From positions 40,012 to 104,011 of the forward strand of contig JBGTMQ010000009.1 in the NCBI GenBank assembly GCA_041743505.1: a stretch of DNA of 64,000 nt, given 5' to 3'. The notes under the pieces are model-generated. The model was not told the DNA's origin. It did no database searches and saw nothing but the letters and a program-made list of their open reading frames with translations. The position numbers were made by a program, and so were the translations under genes. The DNA is from Candidatus Saccharimonadia bacterium. GTDB lineage: Bacteria > Patescibacteriota > Saccharimonadia > UBA4664. Positions within the stretch are counted from its first letter, which is position 1. Every line of letters starts with the position of its first letter. Below are positions 56,149 to 64,000 of the stretch, one piece after another.

Positions 56149-59100
56149 ATGTGGGCGGACTCTATGGCCGAAAAAGTGATAACGTCTGACCAGCCTTCGT
56201 CAATTACGGTGCTCGAGCTCGATGAAGCCCTACAAGCTTTACGAACCGCCTCGACACCTGGTCGGACCAGCCGTTTATTAACAACCTACATCCGCAAACT
56301 CGCCGGAGCCCAGGCCGCCGCCGGCTTCACCTTTGACCTCGGCCGTACGCGCGAAGTGGTTGATGACAGCCAATTGCCACCCAGACTGCGTCACAACTTT
56401 CCTTACCCCGACTACCCCGAAACATCAAACACCGAGTCTCAAAACCAGCCAGACCACGAAACCTGGAGCCGGCGAGCTGACGTACGAGCTGTCGCATCCA
56501 CCATGGGCGTCAACTCCACCTCATTGGAATGGATCAAGTCCGGCAAAGACATACTGGGTGGGGTGGTCATCTTTTGGCGGCTGCCACCGACCGAACATAG
56601 CTGCGCCACCGTCCGCATGCTTGTACGTGAAGCCACTGGCGCCATGGCCAACCGCCAGCTCACTCAAGCGGTCAAAAGTAGCCTGGCTCAAACACTGGCA
56701 TTCCAAAAGATAACCCAGGCTATCACCCGTACCCTGGACTTCGATAAAGCCGTTTCTATTCTTCTAACTCACACTCAGAAACTCTTCCAAGTCGATGCCG
56801 TCTCGTTATTTTTAATCCAACAAGGTAGCAGCGAGCTATACATTCACAAAGCCATCGGCTTATCGGACGAATACACTAGCGCCATCCGGATTGACCTTGA
56901 CTCAAAAGCGGCCAGAGAGTTCGTTAGAGGCCAAGCCCCCAGCCAAATCTACGATGCCACCGCCGGCGCCGTCTCCGGCCAAACCAAGCTTATCAACGCG
57001 GAGGGCATCAAGAGTATGCTTATTGCCCCAATCTACACCGGCCGCGATCACGTTGGAGCCCTCGTCTGCTACTCCAAGACCCACCGGCATTTCCTCTACT
57101 CCGAATTGCGGTTTAGCCAGAGTCTGGCCGAGCAAACCAGCATCGCGCTCGCCAACGCCAAGCTGCACGCCAACCTGGTGAAGGTTTCCAACGAAATCGA
57201 ACAAACCCGTAACCTCATGAAAGACGGGCTGATTGTGCTCGACCTGGAAGGCACCCTGCGCTACTTCAACGCCACCGCAGGCAAGCTGCTTGGATTCACG
57301 CCAAACTTAATCGACCAGCCGTTTACGACCACGCTTCATCAAAGCGCCAACATTACCCTGAAACCAACCGAGCTGTCGAACGCCGTCAATCGGGCAGTCA
57401 CAGAGGGGATTGGCAAGGCCAATTTCTCCACCATTGGCGATGAAGTCAACTACTTCGAAGCCATTTGCTCGCCCTACCGCGATGCAGCCGGACGTACTGT
57501 CGGAATCCTCATTAACATCCACGACATCACCTCGCTGTATCTGGAGAAAGAAAAGCTCCGCACGATCCAAACCAATATGCAGGACGGCCTCATCATGATC
57601 GATACAGAGGGCAAAGTCCTGGAATGCAACCGGGAATGGGAAAACCTTTTTGGCGTCGACAGGCATATCGGCCAGAAGTTTTTCCAAGACAGCGAGAAGC
57701 GCGACAACATCCAAATCGACCAGGATATCCATGTGCTCGTGGACGAAGTACTCCGAGGCAAGCGGCTAATGTGCTATGCCCATCTAACCGATATCAATCG
57801 TCACATCCAGATCTCGCTCGGCCCCATCATCACAGCCGGCCGCGTCACCGGCGCCGTAGCCACCGCCCGCGACATCACTCCGCTCATCGAGAAAACCATT
57901 GAGGCCAACGATATGGCCGCCAAGGCCCAGCGCCATCTACGGGAACTATCCCAGCTAGCCGAACTTTCATCAATCGTGGGCTTCAATGTCACCGGTATCT
58001 ACCAAAAATACCTCTCCAAGATAGCCACTCTTCTAGAATCAACCTCTGCCAGTATCTACCTCTATAACCCCGGCCAGCAGCGGCTCGTCCGGCAGCAAAC
58101 CCTCAATCCCAGCGAACTTGATACCGAAACCGTCACCCTGGGCTCAAAACATGTGGTGGCCCAGGCCTTTGCCAGCCGCCACGATATGGCGACAAGTAAG
58201 CCCAAGAGCCAGTTCCATCATCTCGCCACCCCCATCATGCATCACTCAAAAACGCTTGGCGTATTGCTTATGGGCCGCCACGCCACCCCCTTTGGTGAAC
58301 ATGACGCCCGGCTCATCCAGTTGGTTGCCACCCGCCTGGCCGTTCTCGTCGAGAACGCCGGCCTCTATCATGACGTAAACGCCCGCCGTGAGCGCTGGGA
58401 AGCTGTTTTCCGCTTCGTCGACGAAGGCATCATCATCTTCAACCGTCAGGGCTTGATCGTAGGCTTTAACCCCGCCGCCACCGAGATTACCCAATGGGAT
58501 GCCGCCGAAGCTATTGGCTCACCATTCGAGAAAATCGTTAGAACTATCTCCATCGAAGGCCAATCCGGTTCAACCACCGGATCGCCCTTAAGTCGTGTCC
58601 TCGGCGACGGCATCACTCTTGCCAAAAGCGAACAGCTCATCGAAACCCGCGGCGCCGGCCGCCTCTGGACCGAAGTCAGTTACTCACCAATTTTCGACGA
58701 CGCCGGCCGCGTCACCTCAGGCATCGCCATCATCCGCAACGCCCAAAAAGACCGTGAGGTCGAGGAAATTAAAAGTGACTTCATCTCCATCGTCTCGCAC
58801 GAGTTACGCACGCCGCTCACCGCCATCAAAGGCTTCCTGTCGATGGTACTCAAACAAGACTTTGGCGCCCTCAGCGACAAGCAGTTCCACTATTTGTCCC
58901 GCGTCTATCAATCCAATCAACGCATGATCGACCTGGTAGAGGACTTGCTCGACGTGTCCTACATTGAATCCGGCAAAATCAACCTGTCTATCAACCCCGT
59001 AGCCATCGAAAACGTCTTAAACGAGGTGGTGCTGGAACTAGCCGGCAAAGGCGCCGCCAACCAAATCATGATCCGGGTCAAACGATCCAAGCGACTGCCG

Positions 59101-59469
59101 CTCGTATTAGCCGATGAAACCCGCCTCCACCAAATCCTGCTCAACCTGGTCGACAATGCCATCAAATACTCGGTGCCTGGCACCCAGGTTGAAATAGATT
59201 TCCGCATCCACGGCGACGAGCTAATAACCACCGTAGCCGACCACGGAGTTGGTATCACCAAGAGTCAGCTCGACCGCCTGTTCACCAAATTTGGCCGCAT
59301 CTACAACCCCATGAGCGTTCAGGCCGGCGGTACCGGACTCGGCCTCTACATCGTCAAAAACCTGGTGGAGTCCCACGGCGGCCGCATTTGGGTCACCAGT
59401 CAGGAGGGCAAGGGTAGTAAATTCCGCTTCGCCCTGCCTACCGCCAAACAGTTGCCGCTGATAGGTTAA
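56149..59469 (+). CDS. Soluble GAF/PAS multi-sensor histidine kinase
   Basis: GAF and three PAS segments; VSHELRTPL, NLVDNAIKY, GTGLGL; no clear TM. Confidence 0.93.
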   Translation: MWADSMAEKVITSDQPSSITVLELDEALQALRTASTPGRTSRLLTTYIRKLAGAQAAAGFTFDLGRTREVVDDSQLPPRLRHNFPYPDYPETSNTESQNQPDHETWSRRADVRAVASTMGVNSTSLEWIKSGKDILGGVVIFWRLPPTEHSCATVRMLVREATGAMANRQLTQAVKSSLAQTLAFQKITQAITRTLDFDKAVSILLTHTQKLFQVDAVSLFLIQQGSSELYIHKAIGLSDEYTSAIRIDLDSKAAREFVRGQAPSQIYDATAGAVSGQTKLINAEGIKSMLIAPIYTGRDHVGALVCYSKTHRHFLYSELRFSQSLAEQTSIALANAKLHANLVKVSNEIEQTRNLMKDGLIVLDLEGTLRYFNATAGKLLGFTPNLIDQPFTTTLHQSANITLKPTELSNAVNRAVTEGIGKANFSTIGDEVNYFEAICSPYRDAAGRTVGILINIHDITSLYLEKEKLRTIQTNMQDGLIMIDTEGKVLECNREWENLFGVDRHIGQKFFQDSEKRDNIQIDQDIHVLVDEVLRGKRLMCYAHLTDINRHIQISLGPIITAGRVTGAVATARDITPLIEKTIEANDMAAKAQRHLRELSQLAELSSIVGFNVTGIYQKYLSKIATLLESTSASIYLYNPGQQRLVRQQTLNPSELDTETVTLGSKHVVAQAFASRHDMATSKPKSQFHHLATPIMHHSKTLGVLLMGRHATPFGEHDARLIQLVATRLAVLVENAGLYHDVNARRERWEAVFRFVDEGIIIFNRQGLIVGFNPAATEITQWDAAEAIGSPFEKIVRTISIEGQSGSTTGSPLSRVLGDGITLAKSEQLIETRGAGRLWTEVSYSPIFDDAGRVTSGIAIIRNAQKDREVEEIKSDFISIVSHELRTPLTAIKGFLSMVLKQDFGALSDKQFHYLSRVYQSNQRMIDLVEDLLDVSYIESGKINLSINPVAIENVLNEVVLELAGKGAANQIMIRVKRSKRLPLVLADETRLHQILLNLVDNAIKYSVPGTQVEIDFRIHGDELITTVADHGVGITKSQLDRLFTKFGRIYNPMSVQAGGTGLGLYIVKNLVESHGGRIWVTSQEGKGSKFRFALPTAKQLPLIG

Positions 59470-59552
59470 AACAGCGTCCGAAGCCTACGGGCTTGGGTCA
59501 GCGCAAACTGTCTGCTACACTAATAATTAAGTAGTCTTAATGGAGACAAATT

Positions 59553-59957
59553 ATGGCAAAAATCATGCTCGTCGAAGACGATGCCATACTGGTAGAAATG
59601 TATCAAGCTAAGTTCGAGCTTGAGGGTCATGAAGTACGGATCGCTACGAACGGAGAGGAGTGCCTGGCACTCCTGCGTGATTTTCAGCCCGAACTCATCC
59701 TGCTTGATATTCTCATGCCTAAGCTCAACGGCTTCCATGTATTGAAAGAGATCAAAAAACAACCCGGCCTACGCCAAATCCCGGTTATCCTGCTCACCAA
59801 TCTTGGCCAAGCCGAAGTCGATATGAATCAGGAGCTGGCTAAAGCCCTCGGCGTCAGCGACTACCTCATCAAGAGCCACCATACCCCCGACGAAGTGGTC
59901 CAAAAGGCCGTCAAAGTCCTCAAAAATCACCCCGGTTCCACGCCCGCCGAGGCCTAA
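59553..59957 (+). CDS. Single-domain response regulator
   Basis: MLVEDD, LDILMP, LTNL, IKS. Confidence 0.93.
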   Translation: MAKIMLVEDDAILVEMYQAKFELEGHEVRIATNGEECLALLRDFQPELILLDILMPKLNGFHVLKEIKKQPGLRQIPVILLTNLGQAEVDMNQELAKALGVSDYLIKSHHTPDEVVQKAVKVLKNHPGSTPAEA

Positions 59958-60683
59958 GTGCCCACCTACCAAACCACCGGCATCGTCATTGGCCGCACCA
60001 ATTTCGGTGAAGCCGACCGGGTAATCCGGTTCCTCACGCCAGACCATGGCAAGCTCAGTGCAGTGGCCCGGGGCATCCGCAAGATCAAAAGCCGGTCTGC
60101 CGGTCATTTGGAATTATTTGGTGAAGTCAGCCTCATGCTCGCTACAGGCCGCAATCTTGACGTAGTAACCTCAGCCCGGCTGGCCTGGTACCCGCACAAC
60201 ATCGCCTCCGACTACAGTCGGTTGGGACTAGCCTACGCCTTTGCCGGCATGACCGACAAGCTAGCCCAGGAGCGCCACGCCCAGCCCGAACTGTACTCCC
60301 ATCTCCACGAGGCCCTCCAGGCCGTCAACGAAGGCGCCGGCGGGCCGCTCATCGAACTCTGGTATAAATTGCGGCTTTTGCAACTAGCCGGCTTCCGCCC
60401 CGAGTTAACGCACTGCGTCATCTGCGGCCAGGCCAATGGGGAAGTGGTCTACCAGTTCGATGCTGCTCACGGCGGCATCGTCTGCGATACCTGCGCCTTA
60501 CCCGGTGCCCGGCCAGTGTCGACCACCAGCATCAAGCTCTGGCGGCTCCTGTCCGACTATCCCTACGTCACAATTAGCCAAATCGCCGGCGGCCCCAGCC
60601 TAGCCTCCGCCAGCCTGCCGGCCTGTGACGAATTTTACGAACACCACATTGGCCGCGCTTTCCGGCCTGACATTGCAATATAG
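59958..60683 (+). CDS. recO: DNA repair protein RecO
   Basis: GEADR, GKLSAVARG, CVICG...CDTC Zn finger. Confidence 0.94.
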   Translation: MPTYQTTGIVIGRTNFGEADRVIRFLTPDHGKLSAVARGIRKIKSRSAGHLELFGEVSLMLATGRNLDVVTSARLAWYPHNIASDYSRLGLAYAFAGMTDKLAQERHAQPELYSHLHEALQAVNEGAGGPLIELWYKLRLLQLAGFRPELTHCVICGQANGEVVYQFDAAHGGIVCDTCALPGARPVSTTSIKLWRLLSDYPYVTISQIAGGPSLASASLPACDEFYEHHIGRAFRPDIAI

Positions 60684-60810
60684 CGCATAAATGTAACAAT
60701 ATACTTGCATTTATAATATATTTATGCTATAATGAATAATCGTGCAACGTATAAACGTGCGCGAACCTTAAACCGGCCATCGGTCATCCATCTCATGAGA
60801 GAAGATCAAC

Positions 60811-61179
60811 ATGACTACTCAGTCAACGTCGCTCCTCACCCGGACCGTGCATGTCCCGCTGTGGCTGCAAGCTTTTGTGGCCGTGAACTTTGTGTTAATT
60901 CTCATCGAAGCAATCGCCAGCTTCACGTGGTGGGACTTGCTCTACGTCGCTGGCGGTATCGCTGTCTGGTCACTGGTCCTGTGGGCAATTCGGCGGCGCA
61001 ACCCGTCATTCGCACTGGTTTCAAGCCCCGAAGAACCATCCGCCATGGGTAGCCCGTCCAGACGGGAAGCCATCGCCGAAGGCCTCCGCCGGGCGAAGTT
61101 TTCGGCCTGGTACGTAGCCATTCTGGTGGTCGTCTCGGTCATGCAGACCCTTGAGGTAATCGGGTGGATCCTCTTCTAG
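60811..61179 (+). CDS. 3-TM hypothetical protein (paralog pair with 61416)
   Basis: Own TTGCAT/TATAAT promoter and downstream hairpin; three hydrophobic helices. Confidence 0.7.
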   Translation: MTTQSTSLLTRTVHVPLWLQAFVAVNFVLILIEAIASFTWWDLLYVAGGIAVWSLVLWAIRRRNPSFALVSSPEEPSAMGSPSRREAIAEGLRRAKFSAWYVAILVVVSVMQTLEVIGWILF

Positions 61180-61415
61180 AGGCCCAACAAACCCAATCGG
61201 TGGAGCGGCAGCACTCGCTGCCGCTCCACCGGTCCCATCCTGAATAATCAACTTCCGATTGATTACTGAGCATGGGACTCACCTTTAACCGCCAATGCCG
61301 ACCGGGACGCAATGCCTCGTCGGCACTATTTATTGACACTGTGATAATACTATGCTATAATAATATATATGGCTCAAGAGCCATGCTCACACAATCAGAG
61401 AGAAGGCGATCTAGC

Positions 61416-61811
61416 ATGGCAGCAGTAAGCACTTTTGGCCCCAAGGTAGCTGGCTTGATTCGCCAAGACTGGCGTAGGTTCAGCCTGCGGGTCCCGTTGC
61501 CGGCACAGTTCAAGATCTTTGTCTGGATCAGTGTTGCATACTTGATCCTCAGAAACATCATCGTCAACGGCTTCGCGGCAGCCATATTAGGCCTCGTCAT
61601 CGCTACGGCACTGGCCTTCGGCGTTATTTGGCTCTTGAACTGGAGACGTTCCAAGAGGCCCGCCACAATCACCACCTCCGCCGCCGAGGACCCACTGCGC
61701 ACCAGCATCAGTAGCAAGTGGACATACTCCTGGCCACTGGGTCTGCTCATCTTCTACTTCACAGTGCTCGGGTATGCTGTCGTCAGCGACATTGTTTGGC
61801 TTCTCTCCTGA
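61416..61811 (+). CDS. 3-TM hypothetical protein (paralog pair with 60811)
   Basis: TTGACA/TATAAT promoter lies inside the longer ORF call, so start moved to SD-led ATG 61416 (61383 possible). Confidence 0.7.
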   Translation: MAAVSTFGPKVAGLIRQDWRRFSLRVPLPAQFKIFVWISVAYLILRNIIVNGFAAAILGLVIATALAFGVIWLLNWRRSKRPATITTSAAEDPLRTSISSKWTYSWPLGLLIFYFTVLGYAVVSDIVWLLS

Positions 61812-61953
61812 CCATCCTCCGCCTATCAGCGCCGGCTGGGACTTCACGTCCCGGCTGGCGCTTACCATTTATAAGTCAACGAGGTCGTTATTATGATACT
61901 GTGACAATGTTACTCATCTTCAAAAGTGGCTACACCTACAGGGAGAAAACGCT

Positions 61954-62607
61954 ATGACTAACGCAGCAGAAGTAATTACTAATACAGAGAGTTACGTCCG
62001 CAAGGAACTTGCTAGTGATACTTCTGGCCATGATTGGTGGCATATTGTCCGCGTCCGTAACATTGCTCTTACCATCGCCAAAGAAGAAAACGCTAATGAG
62101 TTTGTCGTTGAGTTAGCCTCACTACTCCACGACATTCTGGATTATAAGTTCAGTGGCTCTGAGGAAGCCGGCCCCCAGGCAGCGCACGAGTGGCTTACCC
62201 AGCAAGGTGTGGACACTAATACCATAGCCGCAGTTGTGGAAATCATCCGCCGGATGTCCTATAAAGGCGCCTCTACTGCTGAGGCCGAACTGAGCCTGGA
62301 AGGTAACTGCGTACGCGATGCTGACAGGCTGGATGCTATGGGTGCCGTCGGGATCGCGCGCGTCTTCGCCTACGGCGGTCATGTCGGCCGACCGATTCAC
62401 AATCCCGACACACCTCCACAACAAAACCAATCACCCGAGGTGTATAAAACCAATCTTGGCACAAGCATAAATCACTTTGACGAGAAGTTACTTCTGCTGC
62501 GCGACCGAATGATTACACCAACCGCACAGCGTATCGCCAACCATCGGCATCGGGTAATGGAGACCTTCCTTAAAGAGTTCTTCGCCGAATGGAGCGGTCA
62601 GAGCTAG
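61954..62607 (+). CDS. HD-domain phosphohydrolase (YedJ-like)
   Basis: GHDWWH, LLHD, DADRLDAMGAVG, HFDEKLL. Confidence 0.92.
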   Translation: MTNAAEVITNTESYVRKELASDTSGHDWWHIVRVRNIALTIAKEENANEFVVELASLLHDILDYKFSGSEEAGPQAAHEWLTQQGVDTNTIAAVVEIIRRMSYKGASTAEAELSLEGNCVRDADRLDAMGAVGIARVFAYGGHVGRPIHNPDTPPQQNQSPEVYKTNLGTSINHFDEKLLLLRDRMITPTAQRIANHRHRVMETFLKEFFAEWSGQS

Positions 62608-62700
62608 GCTACCCAAGCCCAACCAATACCCCCGCCAGCCACTTTGGCAGGGGTATTTAATTTGACCGCCAAACATTAAGTCAAAGTGTACAGCCAGCAT

Positions 62701-62784
62701 GTGCATTGAGTGCACTGTCACCAGATAGGCCCACTGCACTCAATGCACTAGGTAGTTAAACAGAATACACTGCACTCGAACGCA
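62701..62784. repeat. 14-bp inverted repeat plus degenerate third copy
   Basis: GTGCATTGAGTGCA (62701) / TGCACTCAATGCAC (62735); CACTGCACTCGAACGCA (62768). Confidence 0.6.
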
Positions 62785-62822
62785 AAGGTTGACATTTGAA
62801 CTTAATATACTAGAATAACATC

Positions 62823-63122
62823 ATGATCGAATCCGAATTAGCTTGGAAACTAGCCGATTACGAGGCTGCGAACATTGAACCGCCGGCCCGCTGCACATCT
62901 AACCCCGAGCTTACAGAAGGGGAGATGATGTCGGCAGAGGAGGTCGAGGATTACATCAAAGACTCCTTAGCTACCCTGCGCATCCTGGCCGACAAGAACT
63001 CGGCCCGATTGCCGGCCGTCCTCCAGACCTACCGCGCCGACTTAACCTACCTGGTCCAGGTTGGTTCCCTGGGCGAAGACGATTATAATGACCTCACGCA
63101 AGAGTCAAACTTGCGGTTTTAA
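62823..63122 (+). CDS. Acidic hypothetical protein upstream of glyS
   Basis: TTGACA...TAGAAT promoter 6 nt before ATG; 99 aa. Confidence 0.7.
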   Translation: MIESELAWKLADYEAANIEPPARCTSNPELTEGEMMSAEEVEDYIKDSLATLRILADKNSARLPAVLQTYRADLTYLVQVGSLGEDDYNDLTQESNLRF

Positions 63123-63141
63123 ACCGGTAACAGGAACTATT

Positions 63142-64000
63142 ATGCCCCAATCCACACCGCCATCACTCGAAACGCTCGTATCACTCGCCAAAAGGCGGGG
63201 ATTTGTCTTCCAGGGGTCTGAGATTTATGGCGGCCTGGCCGGCACCTGGGATTACGGCCCTTACGGCACACTACTCAAGAACAACATCAAAGCCCTTTGG
63301 TGGAAACATTTCGTCACCGAGCAAGACAACATCTATGGCATCGACACGGCCATCTTAATGAACCCCCGCATTTGGGAGGCCAGTGGCCACACCAGCGCCG
63401 GGTTTGCTGACCCCCTCGTTGAAGATCTCAAAACGAATAAACGCTACCGCGCCGACCATCTCCTCGAAGACGCCGGCATCGAAAACGTCGCCGAGCTAAC
63501 CACAGAACAGATGGACGCCAAAATTAAGGAAATGAACCTTAAAAGTCCAGACGGCAATGAGCTGACTGACGTCCGCATGTTCAATATGATGTTCTCTACT
63601 CAAGCGGGGCCCATCGAAGACACGTCGGCCAAAGTCTACCTTCGCCCGGAGACCGCCCAAGGCATGTTCGTCAACTTCAAGAACGTCGTCGACTCATTGC
63701 ACCCCCGACTACCATTTGGCTTGGCCCAGATTGGTAAAAACTTCCGCAATGAAATCACTCCGCGCGATTTCATATTCCGTCTGCGCGAACTCGAAATCAT
63801 GGAGTTTGAATACTTCATTGAGCCCGAACAATGGGAAACTACCTTTGCCCAGCTCCGCCAGCGCTACCTTGATTGGTTCGAGCGCATCGGCCTCGATATG
63901 AAAGATATCCACGAACTCGATGTCCCGGCCGCGGACCGCGCTCACTATTCCAAGAAAAGTATCGACTTTGAATACAAATTCCCAATCGGTACGAAAGAGC
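63142..64000 (+). CDS. glyS: Glycine-tRNA ligase, homodimeric alpha2 type, truncated by window end (not in ORF track)
   Basis: LAKRRGFVFQGSEIYGG...WDYGP, WEASGH, YLRPETAQG, FRNEITPR.FIFRLRE. Confidence 0.96.
   Translation, partial: MPQSTPPSLETLVSLAKRRGFVFQGSEIYGGLAGTWDYGPYGTLLKNNIKALWWKHFVTEQDNIYGIDTAILMNPRIWEASGHTSAGFADPLVEDLKTNKRYRADHLLEDAGIENVAELTTEQMDAKIKEMNLKSPDGNELTDVRMFNMMFSTQAGPIEDTSAKVYLRPETAQGMFVNFKNVVDSLHPRLPFGLAQIGKNFRNEITPRDFIFRLRELEIMEFEYFIEPEQWETTFAQLRQRYLDWFERIGLDMKDIHELDVPAADRAHYSKKSIDFEYKFPIGTKE

Noticed and set aside
63000-63141. T-box or Gly attenuator before glyS
   Set aside because: Only 19 nt separate the upstream CDS from glyS; no T-box motif or Gly-rich uORF.
1-64000. 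CRISPR array, rRNA, integrase, transposase or prophage
   Set aside because: No regularly spaced repeats or recognisable motifs for these were seen.

Overview
Gene-dense bacterial chromosome segment read with the standard bacterial code. Gene content and organisation point to a Patescibacteria/CPR organism, most likely Saccharibacteria (inference; no 16S here). Signs are the alpha2-type GlyRS, receiver-only response regulators, a membrane-anchored Clp ATPase, many leaderless genes and almost no metabolism. Core genes: scpA-scpB-rluB-DD-carboxypeptidase-der-pth, dprA, dus, DEAD helicase, topA, class A PBP, prfB, ftsEX-CHAP-ctpA, pyrG, rpmA, xseAB, recO, glyS (truncated), two histidine kinases, three receivers and tRNA-Glu(CUC). 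Orphan genes are scattered between them as self-contained promoter-SD-ORF-hairpin units, four times as diverged paralog pairs. Best leads: (1) an unannotated leaderless Thr-rich leader peptide with a complete attenuator controlling an archaeal-type, editing-less ThrRS whose Zn-site Cys appears to be Ser; (2) a promoter-driven ~235-nt candidate ncRNA of three abutting long hairpins with an anti-SD-like loop, opposite dprA; (3) a shared GTTC-N7-GTTC operator at a DnaQ/GIY-YIG repair gene and a NUDIX gene; (4) a kinase-phosphatase-Rnl1 RNA repair enzyme beside a broken 2H phosphoesterase; (5) a membrane-tethered Clp ATPase with a coupled membrane partner. No CRISPR array, rRNA, integrase or transposase was seen. 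All calls come from reading motifs by eye; no searches or folding programs were run.
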